A DNA stretch of 64,000 nucleotides, taken from NCBI RefSeq assembly GCF_009914755.1, contig NC_060925.1; one strand, 5' to 3'. The stretch comes from the human T2T-CHM13v2.0 reference genome, Homo sapiens. This document shows, in pieces, positions 44,234-61,867 of the stretch. The notes under the pieces were generated by a model that was not told the origin of the DNA, made no database searches, and worked only from the letters and a program-made list of their open reading frames with translations. Position 1 is the first letter of the stretch; every line of letters begins with the position of its first letter. The position numbers were made by a program, and so were the translations under genes.

Positions 44234-44425
44234 ATTGGGCAGCTGCCAAGCGCCTCGGCTCCGCCTTACCCACACGCCACGACGCCCATTGGGCGACCTA
44301 AGCCGGCCACCCCGCCCTCATCTTCTCGGCCATGCCAGTAGAAGACTAGATGCCGGGACTTCACCCCACCCTTGAAGAATGAGTGGCCGGAGAAGTGATG
44401 ATTGGCGTGCTTAAAACCCAATCAT
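44234..44425. promoter_or_regulatory. Four CCAAT (NF-Y) boxes
   Basis: ATTGG at 44234, 44288, 44401; CCAAT at 44418. Confidence 0.7.
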
Positions 44426-45149
44426 AAACGGAGGAGGGGGGATGGTCTAGCGGGGGCGCGTTAATGGGTACCTCTGCCAGTCCCAGACACATCCGGGTCT
44501 TCGACAGCCCATTAAGTGTCGGGGGTCAAAAAATCGCTTCAGGCTGCAACTTTACCTTAGAGACGTTTTGGTCCCCAGGCAGCCGCCGTACCCCAGTCTC
44601 TCCAAACCGGGATTCCCCTTTGGCCATCTCTCATTCTTTCAATTCTAAAGATGGAGACTGGCGAACGGCGATGGGGTCTGCGGTGGGCGGTGTTTCGTCG
44701 CGACAGACTCTAGGAAATTTCACGATAGAACTAGCTTTAGGCGCTTGAGCCTTGCCGTCTTTTTGGGGTGTGGCCTGTCTCCGTCTGCCAAAGGCTTTGA
44801 GCTTCCTGGTGTTCATCGTACCTCCGCTTGGTCCTGTCGTGACTAAACCACGACAGCAGGAAAAAAAAAAAAGCAGCTAGCCAAGTTGCTGAGGAATTAC
44901 GGTGTGCAGAGCCCTCGCAGCTCCTTCTCTTGGGAACTCCTGGTCTGGTTAGGTTCTCAGCGAGGAAACAGCCTCCCACCCCGCCCGATTCCACCTAATT
45001 AACTCAAGGGCCAGCTCCTTTTGCTGGCCTCCCTGCTTCCACGGAGCAGTTAGGCCCGCCTAAACTCAGCGAGCGTTTCTGGAGCACCTTGAGGATAGGG
45101 ACCAAGTAACAGAGTCCGGGTGTTAAGGTTATGATAGTAGTTAACGTTT

Positions 45150-45410
45150 TTGGAAAGAGACTGTGTCAGGCTCTGTGCTAAGAACTTTACATGAAGTATT
45201 TATTCCTCATGACTGTGAGGTAGGTACTGTTATCCCTACTTTACAAATGAGGAAAATTAGGATCAAAAAATTTGTCCAGTTACACGTTAAGTGGTAGAGC
45301 TGAAATTTGAACCCAAGTAGATGAGGAAACTAAGGCTCAGAGAGGTTAAGTAACTTGCCAAAGGTCAGACCGCTAGTTAGTGACTAAGCAGTGGTTTAAA
45401 CCCAGAAACA
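45150..45410. mobile_element. Two tandem MIR core segments
   Basis: ATGAGGAAA... core occurs at about 45247 and 45321. Confidence 0.65.
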
Positions 45411-45449
45411 ACTGGTTCCACAGGCATTTTGTTATTGTTGTTTTCTCAC

Positions 45450-49476
<4,027 letters not shown>

Positions 49477-50759
49477 TAGATATTCTTATGGTTAAAGAAT
49501 TCTGTAGTTCTTCCATCTGACTGCAAGTCTGTAGGAGGCCCAAAAGTGAGAAGCATAAGCTGGGAGAGAGAGTTCATTATTGTTATTGTTTGTGAACAAA
49601 GGGGCCCTCCAGACCAGTAAGACTGTATGCTCCATTATGGTAGGGACTGAGCCCTGAAATTCTCTCTATAGTTCAGTGCAGTGCTGAGCTCACTACACTC
49701 AACAGAAACTTCATTTTAAAAGGCCAGGTCCTCCCTTGAAAAGGTCTTTGGGGGATGAAACAGGAAGAGGTTTATTCTGGGGACTGCAGTCTGATGAGAA
49801 ACTGGGGTGGCGTGAGAATTTCCCTCTGAAGAAAGCATCTCCTAGTAAGACAAATAAATGGCATTTCCTGAGCCCCTTGGTTCTCTTCTGTGCAGCTCCT
49901 CTAGGACACTGAAAAAGCATCCTAACATGCTCAAGACAGGATAGGAAATGGTCCTCTGGCTTGAAAGACTCAGCATCCAGAAGTAGTACCTCACTCTCCA
50001 TCCAGTGGTCACCCCCCAGAAATGTGCTCTCGTAAGTTATTTCCTCCATTGATACGCCTGCTCTCCTTCCCCAAGGCATTTGTTTTATTGGCTAATTCCC
50101 TTTGGTAATTGGTTTGCCGCTCTTTTAGGAGTCATTTCCTGTGTTTATTTCATTATACAAGAAAAAAAAAAAGCTCTTAAGTGGACCAAAGGGATAAGGA
50201 AAATGATGCATGTTTTCCTGATGTCCACATGCAGCAAGTCCCTTAATCTTTGCCCCTGCCTTCCTGGTGCTGTTGCCAGGCTGAGACCCTGGTTGGAGGA
50301 ATAGTGCCTGCAGCTACAGCAACTCAGGCAGCCTAGGATGACTGCCAGGATGCATGAGGGCTGCCAATACCAACTACTGGGGAGATGATTGTCATCCCTG
50401 TGGAGGTACTGGAGAAGGTTGGTGGGGGAAGGTGGAAGAGAGGAAATAAGGCAGAGATGAGCTCAGGGTCCCCAGAGAATGGAGCCTTTGTGTGGGGTAT
50501 AGATGAGGGACAAGGGGGTGATTGTGTGGGAGGGCCGGAAGTGCCACACGGACTGGCACCACCATAGCCAGCACCAGATTCACCCTTCTCCTGCTCTGAG
50601 AACTCCCTGTGCCTCAAGGAGCCGGTACCAGACATGGTCAGGGGACGCAGGGTATGCCTGAACACTATAAAGGATGGGAAGGTAGAAAAGCAGATGTATA
50701 GCCTGGGGAAAATGAAAGGTATCCCCGCATTACCCCAGACCCAGGGAACAGGAGGCCGA

Positions 50760-51557
50760 AGGAAAAAGACAGAAGCAGCTTTTACTATATTTACATCCAA
50801 CAAAACTTCGCAGGGAACAATCCTTATTGCACAGGTCAGGACCTGGGTGGGTGAGGCATTCCCCAAGGCGGGGCAGGCAAGAAAAATTAGGACTGGAGGG
50901 GGCACCAGTTCTTCCTAAGGGGAGCTTGAGACTCCTCTAGCTCCCAGTGCCTGACTTTGAAGGAACTACAAACCACCGGACCATGGTGCCCTATTTCCCT
51001 TCCCTTTCTCACTCTCCATAAGAACCTCATAAGCAAGGGGGCTGTGGCTCCAGAATAAATAATTTAAAATAAAATACAAACACTTAGGTAGAAAGGCATG
51101 GAGAGCCTTGGGCTCCTTCAGCAACGTCAGGGAAGAGGGACCATTATTGGTGGAGAATGACATCCCTACCTCCCATTCAGGGCAAAGGCTCAGTAGCTCT
51201 GCATCTTTCCAGTTGTTTTTTAAAACAAAAACTTCTAAAATGACCAGGGCAATGCAGATCTGTGGGTACCCTGGAGGGGAGTTCCCGGTATAGGACAAGG
51301 GAAGAACAGAGCTGTACCAACTCCCCCCAGATCTCCCCCAACATCAGCACGAACAAACTGGGTAGGTTGGTGATGGGGGAATCAGGACTTTTGGTAACAG
51401 TGGATCCCTCTTCCTGTTGTCCTCGCTTGGAGCCTTTGACTGGGCATCCTTCCCAGCCTGTTCCCAACTCCATGAAGGCAACAGGGAAGCAGTTTAACTC
51501 TAGAATCCCTTCTTCCTCACTTCCCCACCCTAGGCTGGAGAGGGAAGCTTAAGGTCT
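50760..51557 (-). other. DENND4B: DENND4B 3' UTR (approximate end)
   Basis: Follows the stop codon; AU-rich patch at 51054-51080; variant poly(A) signal near 50781. Confidence 0.7.
50781..50786 (-). terminator. Non-canonical poly(A) signal AGTAAA
   Basis: tttact on + strand, followed on - by a U-rich tract (TCTGTCTTTTT); I saw no AATAAA on - between the stop and here. Confidence 0.6.
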
Positions 51558-51703
51558 CTAGCATTCTGGAGGTGCTCCAAAACATTTTCGGCAGTCAATG
51601 GCCTTGGGAGTGGGCATCTGCGCCCGCCGGTGCCTCAGCTCCTCCTTGCCCATGCTGCTGGCCAGCTTGTTAAAGGCAGACTTGTACTTCTTATCGAAGG
51701 CCA
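51558..51703 (-). CDS. DENND4B: DENND4B last coding exon: AFDKKYKSAF...CRKCFGAPPEC*
   Basis: TAG stop at 51558-51560; TAG acceptor. Confidence 0.94.
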
Positions 51704-51799
51704 CTAGGGAAGAAGGTGGAAGTCAACATGTTAGGACCGCAGCCTCCCACACCTGGCCCCAGATCCCTAAACTCCTCAGCCCCTTGCCTGCAATCTCAC

Positions 51800-51864
51800 C
51801 TATGTCCACGTGGTCCTTGCCCAGAGCAGCCATTGTCAGGAATAATATCTCACGGTAGATTCCC
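51800..51864 (-). CDS. DENND4B: DENND4B penultimate exon: GIYREILFLTMAALGKDHVDI
   Basis: Manual translation; AAG acceptor, GTGAG donor. Confidence 0.92.
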
Positions 51865-51952
51865 CTTTAGTGGAGGCAGAAGTGTATGAGTGAGAGAAAA
51901 GGGGTGTGGAGCCCCGGACAGACCAGGGATCACCCAGATGGTAGCACCATAC

Positions 51953-52118
51953 CTCTGCAGGTGCAGGCCAGTGGGTGGGGGCCCTAGAGTTTCCAGCAGG
52001 AGCCCCACAGCCTTGTGCACTTCATTGAGTCCAACATGGCGCAGCACTGACTCCAACAGTGCCAAACTAAGGGATGCAGGTACAGGGCCTGGCCATACCA
52101 CCCGCTGGGGGATCTGGC
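51953..52118 (-). CDS. DENND4B: DENND4B exon: QIPQRVVWPG...GLHLQ
   Basis: ORF 51850..52194; CAG/GTATG. Confidence 0.93.
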
Positions 52119-52207
52119 CTGGATGAAAGGAAAGAAGGCCACCAGAATCACTGAGCCCTCTGGGTATGGGACCCACCCTCCCCACCCAGGCCAAATACCA
52201 GACTCAC

Positions 52208-52325
52208 TGTGGACCCTCCAGAGCACATAGAGAGGTGGGCAGCTATTGGGGTCAGGGGTCAGTACATCCCACAGCAGCCGTACCTGAACAGAGGCTGGAT
52301 CAGGGGTTAGCCAAGGAGATGGGGC
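52208..52325 (-). CDS. DENND4B: DENND4B exon: APSPWLTPDP...LWRVH
   Basis: Manual translation; CAG/GTGAG. Confidence 0.92.
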
Positions 52326-52469
52326 CTGGGGGAGCCAAGATAGTGGAGACAGTTAGGCTCAACGAATGGGAGGCAGAGGACAAGAAACGGACAGGTGATG
52401 CCAAAGAGACAGAGGGCCATTACAGGACACAGCCAAAGAGAAGTGGGAAAGGAATTCTTATCCCCCACA

Positions 52470-52993
<524 letters not shown>

Positions 52994-53040
52994 TGATCTG
53001 CCCACCTTGGCCTCCCAAAATGCTGGGATTACAGGCGTGA

Positions 53041-53413
<373 letters not shown>

Positions 53414-53464
53414 TGAGAGATGAGGGAGGCACTTAGGAAACAGGGGCCACATGGGGGCACTGAC

Positions 53465-53701
53465 CTGGGAGTGCGAAGGCCCATCACAGGAGGCCAGCAC
53501 CAGGCCTGGTAGAATACTGGGCAGGCGTAGCCGTTGGAAATACCACAAAAGGTTCCAGAAGATGATGGGGTGGGCAGAGGGCAGTTCAGGCAACGCCAGC
53601 ACCTCACTGCCCTCGTTCTCTACCAGCGACTCCAGCTCCTTACGCAGCACCAGGGGGCTCAGGTATGCCCATGCCCCACTCTCAACCCGCCGGGAGGCTC
53701 C
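53465..53701 (-). CDS. DENND4B: DENND4B exon: [26 protein letters not shown]...[12 protein letters not shown]...SHSQ
   Basis: DENND4-family YLSPLVLxKELE motif; TAG/GTCAG. Confidence 0.95.
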
Positions 53702-53902
53702 CTATCAGGCACAAAGGGGGAGGGCAGTAGAGGGCATGTACATCCCCAGAGCCTTGCCTCCCACTGAGCCACCACATCCAACAGCTTTTGGGATGCCCCT
53801 TGCCCTCAAGGGCAAGAGATGTGCCCATCTCTCCCTGGCACCCCACAGGCCCCACACAGGGCAACATTCCCGTTCCTCATGCCCCTTTGGCCCAGCCCTT
53901 AC

Positions 53903-54038
53903 CCCCATGTGCCCGTTGCAGAGCTGGGGCTCATCCAGAGCAAGGCAGAGCCTTCGGTCACTGAGCACAGGGCCAGGACCACCAGGGACAGGAGCATCTT
54001 TGCTGCCACTGGCACCAGCAGATTTGGGGCTGGGGACA
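53903..54038 (-). CDS. DENND4B: DENND4B exon: VPSPKSAG...CNGHMG
   Basis: Manual translation; CAG/GTAAG. Confidence 0.92.
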
Positions 54039-54121
54039 CTGCAGGGGGATAGCAGCAGGGGTCAGCTTTTGGACCTTCACCTCCCTATTCCCACCCACAG
54101 CACTTGCCCTGCCTTGGGCAC

Positions 54122-54291
54122 CTGGGCCGGGAATCAAGGGTCTGGACACTGAGCAGGGGCACAAAGGGGCAGGCGCAGAAGGGGCAGGTTGTGTTGAGGT
54201 TAGAGTCATCAGGTGCCCAGCCAGCCATGATTTCCTCATCATACACCAGCGAATCACAGGCACGGCACAGGGAGCAGCTGGACAGCAGAAT
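54122..54291 (-). CDS. DENND4B: DENND4B exon: [25 protein letters not shown]...CPFC...LDSRP
   Basis: DENND4-family YDEEIMAGW motif; CAG/GT. Confidence 0.95.
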
Positions 54292-54457
54292 CTGTGGGCA
54301 GGGAGAGTCGGGAAGTAGGTGCTGTCTGGCCGCCAGCACTCTGGAGCCCATGCCCCTTCCCCAGCCCCTCCCACCTCCTCCCCATCTCCTGCCTTGGACA
54401 GGGTGAGTGTGTGCTATGTGTGTTCAAGCACATCTGTGTGGGAGGGGTTATCCTCAC

Positions 54458-54580
54458 TTCCAGGGAAGGTGACTGGAAGGATCCAGGGGTGTCACTGAGG
54501 CGCTCTGAGGAACGGCGAAGACTCAGGTTGCTGAGAGAAGATTCTGAGAGGTCCCACTCACTGCCCAGAGAGGCTGAGCT
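54458..54580 (-). CDS. DENND4B: DENND4B exon: SSASLGSEWDLSESS...SPSLE
   Basis: Manual translation; 123 nt, phase 0-0; TAG/GTGAG. Confidence 0.92.
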
Positions 54581-54743
54581 CTACCATGACATGAGAAACC
54601 ATGGTCAGCCAACCCCATGCTCTTCCACCCAGGATATGTGTTTCAAGCACCCCTCAGAGCCCCCTTTTTGAGCATTCTTCCAGTCGTAGCCCCTCCCCAA
54701 GCCCACTAATGCTAAGGCATCTGGACCCTCCTTCACTGGCTAC

Positions 54744-55132
54744 CTCGGAGGCAGTGGATCCAGGGCGCTCCCGGGGGTGCAGAAGACTGTCCATGGGGCT
54801 GCGGCGGGCTGGGGGTGGCAGGTCAGGAGGCAGCTCAGGTGGGGGAATGCGGGAGGCAGGGGAGTGGCGGGAAGGAGTGAGCAGCTGTTGGAGGCGGGCA
54901 CCCAGCCCTCGTCGGGGGGTGCCTGCCTCATCCTGTCGCCCACCAGCCTTGGGTCCCCGCCCACTTAGCCCTTCCAGGGCCTCAGTGGACTGGGCACTCA
55001 GGGCTGAGCCTGAGCCCCCTGGGCTGCCTCCAGGGAGCGGCTCCTCCCCTGTCAGGCTCAGGTCTGAGAGACTTCCATCGTGCCAGGGCACAGGTGATCC
55101 CCGGGGTTCCAGGACCCCCAAGGCCTCTATCA
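54744..55132 (-). CDS. DENND4B: DENND4B exon: IEALGVLEPRG...GSTASE (low complexity, Pro/Ser/Gly-rich)
   Basis: ORF 54654..55247; CAG/GT. Confidence 0.93.
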
Positions 55133-55395
55133 CTGCAGCACAGAAAAGAATGAGGGAAGATGGACCCCAGCCTCTGCACCAACTTCCCCTTTCCTGAATA
55201 AACACAATTCCTGGCTGCACAAACTCTGGTGCCACCACCCCCACCATGATGATATTCTGGGCGAGATTCCCTCAGAATCTACAGCACCCACCACAGAGGG
55301 CCGCCCTCCACTCTGTTTCTGGTCTTCCCCACCTCACTAGCAAGTGGTTAGGAAAGCTGACTGGGGGAGTGAGGGAGCCAGACAAGGGCACTCAC

Positions 55396-55563
55396 TGTGG
55401 GCCACACCGGCCTCCACAGTGGGCTGTGCCCCTCGGGCACTGCCCAGGCTACCACTCTTCACCAGGCGTCCAGGGGGTGAGGCTGGGTCTCTCAGACTTC
55501 GCCCAGCCCAAGTAGTCTGGCGCTGAAGAGGGCGAGTAGGGGAAGGGCGCTCCAAATAGGGCT
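55396..55563 (-). CDS. DENND4B: DENND4B exon: PYLERPSPTRPLQRQTTW...GVAH
   Basis: ORF 55337..55672; CAG/GTGAG. Confidence 0.93.
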
Positions 55564-55748
55564 CTGTAAAAGACGAGAAGGGGTTTAGAGGCGGCCAGCT
55601 AGGAACCCAGTCCCCTGTTCCAAAATAGAGCTCCTTAGATGGACCAGGGTTTGCAGGGTTCCTCCCAGGCAAAACTTTATCCGTTTTGTGTTTGTTTGTT
55701 TGTTTGTTTTGTTTTGTTTTTTGAGATGGAGTCTTGCTCTGTAGCTAG

Positions 55749-56225
<477 letters not shown>

Positions 56226-56522
56226 CTACCAAGCACAGTGCCCATCAGGATGGCCTACCTCGACACCCTAACCCTGCCTCATACCCACTCCCTGTCTTGG
56301 AGCCCCAGGGACCGCCCTTCCCCTGCAGACATCCTGTCTAGGACTGTCCGGCCAATGGCTCAGCCAGGAACAAGAGCCCAGAAGAGACAGTAGGCAGCAG
56401 CTGCCTCCCAAGGGGCCTAGAAGAACCCAGAGGCAGTGGAGAAAATTTGTACCCAGACCTTGCTGCTTAGAAATATAAAATATATGGCTCTGAAGAAATC
56501 ATTTCATTTATTTGGTCATTAG

Positions 56523-56929
<407 letters not shown>

Positions 56930-57320
56930 TAACTTCTTTGCTGCGGGACCTTGGACGAGTTACTAACTCTCTACAACCTCATCTCCTCTTCTATAAGATG
57001 GGGATAATGATCATCCCACCTCATAGGGCTGTCGTGAAGATAAAATGATGTAAAATGTGTGATGCGTATGGACCCGTGCCTGGCTTAGCGGCTGACACTA
57101 TTAGTTGTAGGCAGGGCTGTCATGAGTGGGAATCAAAGCAGCCTCGTCTGAGAAACTGTAGGTGCTAAGGCACCACAGGAGTGCAATGTGGATGACAGTG
57201 GTTCCAGGACCTAGGCAAACAGTACCAGCCCAATCTCCAAGGAGCGAGGGGAGCAGCAGCAGCCTCCCCTCACACACCCTGGCACAGCTGCCATCCCACC
57301 CCTCACCCCAAAGTAGGTAC

Positions 57321-57449
57321 CTTATTGTAGTAGCCATAGGTGATGGTGTTGGGCACAATGCCTGCCTGACGCATCTCCAGCATGACCCGCACAGACAGCA
57401 CAGGCTGCCCATAGTGTGAGCAGAGCTGCATCAGTACCCGGTAACACAC
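57321..57449 (-). CDS. DENND4B: DENND4B exon: [16 protein letters not shown]...[14 protein letters not shown] (PPR-like)
   Basis: PPR-type G-x-PN-ITY signature; 129 nt, phase 0-0. Confidence 0.94.
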
Positions 57450-57802
57450 CTGGGCCAGGAGAGGCACAGGACAATGGGAGACTCACTCTCAACCAAAACC
57501 AAAGTCTCAGCAAGCACCCTCTTCCTGCCTCCCCAATTCTCACAGACATCACTGGCCCCTGGCAGGTCCTGGGGCTACCTCAGAGCCACCCACCCTTTCT
57601 GCTGACCCTGCCACCCTACAGTCTTCACTGCTAAACCCTGAACATGCTTATTCACTCGACGAATGTTTATAGATAATCTGCCCAGCTCTGGGGCTCTGCA
57701 ACTTCTTTCCTTAGTCTCCACCAAGTTTCCCTCTCACAGCCCTCTCCAGCTGCACAAGGCTCACTGGGCCTGGGTATGAGCATGGTCACATAGATTGCCT
57801 AC

Positions 57803-58009
57803 CTCATCAGGGAGCACCACCTTGCCGCTCTCCATCTGGCGCAGCACATGGTAGGCTGTGTGCAGTGCCTGCACTCGGGAGGGTGCCGACCGCACATAGG
57901 CAGGCAGACACAGGAACCACAGCCCATAGCAGTGCCCCAGCAGGCACCGGGCCCACAGCTCAGGCACAGCTGCTGACTTCTGTGCCATCCGCTGTGCAAC
58001 TTTCATCTC
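57803..58009 (-). CDS. DENND4B: DENND4B exon: EMKVAQ...VVLPDE (first PPR-like repeat)
   Basis: ORF 57761..58006; TAG/GTAGG; 207 nt, phase 0-0. Confidence 0.94.
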
Positions 58010-58088
58010 CTAGGTAGGACAGGGGACACATCAGGGTGAGTACAATGCCAGGTCTTTCTTACTTATCTATTTATTTATTTATTTATGA

Positions 58089-58190
<102 letters not shown>

Positions 58191-58748
58191 TAGCTGGGAC
58201 GCACCACCAAGCCCGACTGATTGTTTTGTACTTTTTGTAAAGACAAGGTTTTGCCACATTGCCCAGGCTAGTCACAAACTCCTGGGCGCAAGTGATCTGC
58301 CTGCCTCAGCCTCCCAAAATGCTGGGATTAAAGGCATGAGCCACCAGGACAGACCCTAAAGTGGTGTGGGAAGAAGTAGCACCTTCTCTGAGGAAGGGTC
58401 TGTGCTCTAAGGAGGAGAAGGGATGCTGTACTTCACAGGCTGCAGCCCTGCCTGGAGCCCCGTGCAGAGAGGCTGGCCCTTGAGCATGGGCAGGTGCCCT
58501 AGAAGACATGGCCAGCCCCTGGATTCCCAGAGTGCTCAGAAGACGGAGGTGATGATGATGATGATAATGACAGTGATAATAGCAACTAATGTTTATACAG
58601 GGTTGCTTATGTGCCAAGCACATTTAAACTCCTAACAACCTCATGGGTTAAGTATTATTGTTATACCCATTTTGTAGATGAGGAAACTGAAGCAGCAGCA
58701 GCCTTCAGCCTGATCCGGGTCCCTCAGTGCGGTCCACCCACTGCTTAC

Positions 58749-58875
58749 CTGTTTGGTACGGCGAGGAGCAGGACTGCTGGGGGCGCTACGGGAAGGGCCT
58801 GGCACAGGCAGGGCCCCAGGTTGCTCTTGAAGAGACTCAAACAACTCAGCCCGTAGCTCTGGGAATCCATCATAG
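58749..58875 (-). CDS. DENND4B: DENND4B exon: YDGFPELRAELFESL...RRTKQ
   Basis: ORF 58641..58844 plus manual extension; CAG/GTAAG. Confidence 0.93.
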
Positions 58876-58984
58876 CTGGAGGGGCAGAGAGAAGCAACAT
58901 CGGGGCAGTCAGCACAGGGCGAAGCGAGTTGGACTGGACCAGTCTATGGGACCCTGGAACATGTGAAGGCTAAGAGACTCTCAC

Positions 58985-59124
58985 CAGTACTGGGGAGTGG
59001 ATTCACTGCCCTCTGGTAAGGCAGGCTCCTCGGGAGGTGTGATAAAGACAGTGAGCTCACTTCCTGACAGCTCCTCTAGCTCCACTAAGGGTGTCGGCTC
59101 AGGCTTCTCCTGCTCTGGGTGGAC
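58985..59124 (-). CDS. DENND4B: DENND4B exon: VHPEQEKPEP...STPQY
   Basis: ORF 58981..59235; CAG/GTGAG. Confidence 0.93.
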
Positions 59125-59374
59125 CTGGAGAAGGATTTTAAGAGAGCAAGTGTTGAGATGGTGGGCATGGAGCAGAGCCAGGGTGTCTAGACGATGGCAT
59201 CTCCCAGGAAAGCTCATCCACAAGGAAAGAGACACAGCCTGGGAAGATGGCGTCAGGAACGGGAGGACAGTACATTACATGTACGGGGCCAGCTGTGTGT
59301 GGCTGCACAGGTTGTGCACTGTATAACTCCAGAAGTGCCATCCCAGTCACAGTTAAGATATAGAGTTGTGTTTA

Positions 59375-60030
<656 letters not shown>

Positions 60031-60046
60031 ATAAAATGGCCCTGGG

Positions 60047-60086
60047 GTCTACAGCCATACCACCCTGAACATGCCCGATTCCGTCT
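60047..60086 (+). pseudogene. Tailless 5S rRNA retropseudogene (5S nt 1-40)
   Basis: GTCTACAGCCATACCACCCTGAACATGCCCGATTCCGTCT matches the 5S 5' end; flanked by direct repeats AAAATGGCCYTGGG (60033-60046, 60087-60100); no poly(A). Confidence 0.88.
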
Positions 60087-60160
60087 AAAATGGCCTTGGG
60101 GCAACAGAGACAATGAGGGAGACAGCAGAGGCCAATGAGCACATAGAGAAGGGATGATAC

Positions 60161-60306
60161 CTTTTCAACACAAGAGTCAAAGAATTCAAGGGCAGCATGG
60201 CGAGCAGAGCCAAAAGAGCACTCCTCAATGAACTGTGAGAACATCTGTGTGTGCAGCAGCTGAGAGTAAAGTTTGTGGCTGGAGCGTTCCCGGGATTTGA
60301 GGAAGC
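60161..60306 (-). CDS. DENND4B: DENND4B exon, dDENN: FLKSRERSS...[10 protein letters not shown]...CVEK
   Basis: dDENN TQMFxxFI motif; CAG/GT. Confidence 0.95.
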
Positions 60307-60849
60307 CTGAGGGGTATGAGAATGGGGCAGAGGAGGGGTGTGACCAGGGCTCTCCACCACAGCCATAGCTTTTTTGAATCTCTTCTTGGCTCCCTGCCCA
60401 CTCAGGCCCAAAGCCATAATCTCTTGGACCCTCTGGCACAACTACCCTAATACCAGGCTGACCAGCTCAGCACCCCCAGCACAATGGCCCTAGAGAATCC
60501 CTCCCTTTGTCTGCCTGTACCCACTGCCTCAGACTGGGGGGGGTCTCCAAGGGCAGGGTCCCTGCACAGAGCTTTGCCCGTGGGGGCTGCTCACTACAGG
60601 GATTACTGTGGCTACCCCAAGCCTGGGGCTCCAGAGGGCAGGACCACAGCTGGTTTCATCTTTGTACCCTGATTCCCCCCCAAGACCAGAAGAGTTAAAT
60701 GGCTCAAAGTGGGTGCCCATAAAAACATTTGCCTAGTGAAGGAATAAACAATGGAGTGGCTCCCAGTCCCCTCCGCCTTTCTGACAGAGCCCAGCCCCTC
60801 GCCACCTCCTCCCATGATACATCTCCAAGCAGAGACAGGCCCTCTATAC

Positions 60850-61065
60850 CCTGCAGGAAGAAAAGGTTGTCAACATCACGAGCTCCCTCGGAGGGGGCCT
60901 GGGTGAGTGGGCGCAGGAAGACCCGGTAGCCCTTGAGCAGACAGGCCATGAAGCGGAGGAAGGCTCCTTGGACTTCGCGCTCCAGCCGGGCCCTGCGGCC
61001 ACACACTGCCTCGTAGTCTGTCAGTAGGAACTCCAGGGATGCTTCCTCCTCAGGTCCAGTGTATG
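60850..61065 (-). CDS. DENND4B: DENND4B exon, dDENN start: YTGPEEE...[14 protein letters not shown]...FFLQ
   Basis: dDENN FLRFM-LL-GYR motif; CAG/GT. Confidence 0.95.
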
Positions 61066-61416
61066 CTGGAGGCCAGGGCAGCCTAAGAGTCAGGGCTGGC
61101 TCCCATAGTGTTACCCTCAACTCTGCTCTCATGCCTCCATCTCCACCTCCAGCCTCTGGCAGACCTTGCACCAGTAGCAACTAAAGTATTACCTTCAACT
61201 AACAGGTTCAAGCTTGATATTTCCCACATGTTCAGGAATACTGTCTGCCCTTCCTTCTAGCTTCAGTTGGAATTGGAATCTCCCTCAGTTCCACCAAATG
61301 CAATCCTAACTTCACTCACCTCCTTAAGAAATGTCTAGCTCCCCACAGACCTCTGCAAACTGGAGGTTTGAGGGCAATGACAGTTCCCAGCCTCCCTCCC
61401 CACCCAGGCTTCTCAC

Positions 61417-61517
61417 TCTGGTCCAGCTGCTGGTACAGGTTTGTCAGTGTGGCCAGCAGAACCTTGTAGGGTCTGCGGGGCAGGGTCCGAGGGGAGAGGA
61501 GCTTCTTTTCCTCAGTC
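61417..61517 (-). CDS. DENND4B: DENND4B exon: TEEKKLLSPRTLPRRP...QQLDQ
   Basis: ORF 61316..61633; CAG/GTGAG. Confidence 0.93.
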
Positions 61518-61691
61518 CTGTGAGAAAAGCATAAGGGGAAAGAGTGGCGAGGCTCTGGGATAGGGTGACGGGGTTCCTTGCCAGCCTCCCTCACTTTGTG
61601 CCTGAAGCTCTTTTTGAGCCCGTAGCACTCCACACACTAGCCCATTCCTGCCCACCACCCTGCAGCCCCCAAATGAGACCCAGCCTCTTAC

Positions 61692-61867
61692 TGGAAGAGC
61701 GTGTTGGTATCAAGGTCTACACAGATGACATCAGCAGGCGGGTCATGCAGATCAAAGTAGCTGGAGTGGATACCCACAATGAAGGGCACTGGGGCACTCA
61801 GCACATCTGCCAGCACCAGCGGGCACAGAGGAATGTAGGGGCACTGCCAGTGCAGTGGGAAGATCAT
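61692..61867 (-). CDS. DENND4B: DENND4B exon, cDENN: [13 protein letters not shown]...APVPFIVG...VDLDTNTLF
   Basis: Hallmark DENN motifs PLxW-YIP, APxPFIVG, VDLD; CAG/GTAAG. Confidence 0.96.

Larger units (their letters stand above)
43110..45120. promoter_or_regulatory. CpG-island promoter with GC boxes
   Basis: Dense CpG, GGGCGG boxes, Alu-free. Confidence 0.9.

Noticed and set aside
50333-50905. 190-aa - strand ORF downstream of DENND4B
   Set aside because: Non-ATG start, no recognisable domain or splice context; overlaps the 3' UTR end.
53702-53902. 201-nt in-frame intron open for most of its length
   Set aside because: Ends in TGA-TAG, so retention gives a premature stop; not exitron-like.
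53451-55197. Long + strand ORFs (233 aa, 198 aa) over DENND4B
   Set aside because: Antisense shadows of GC-rich coding exons.
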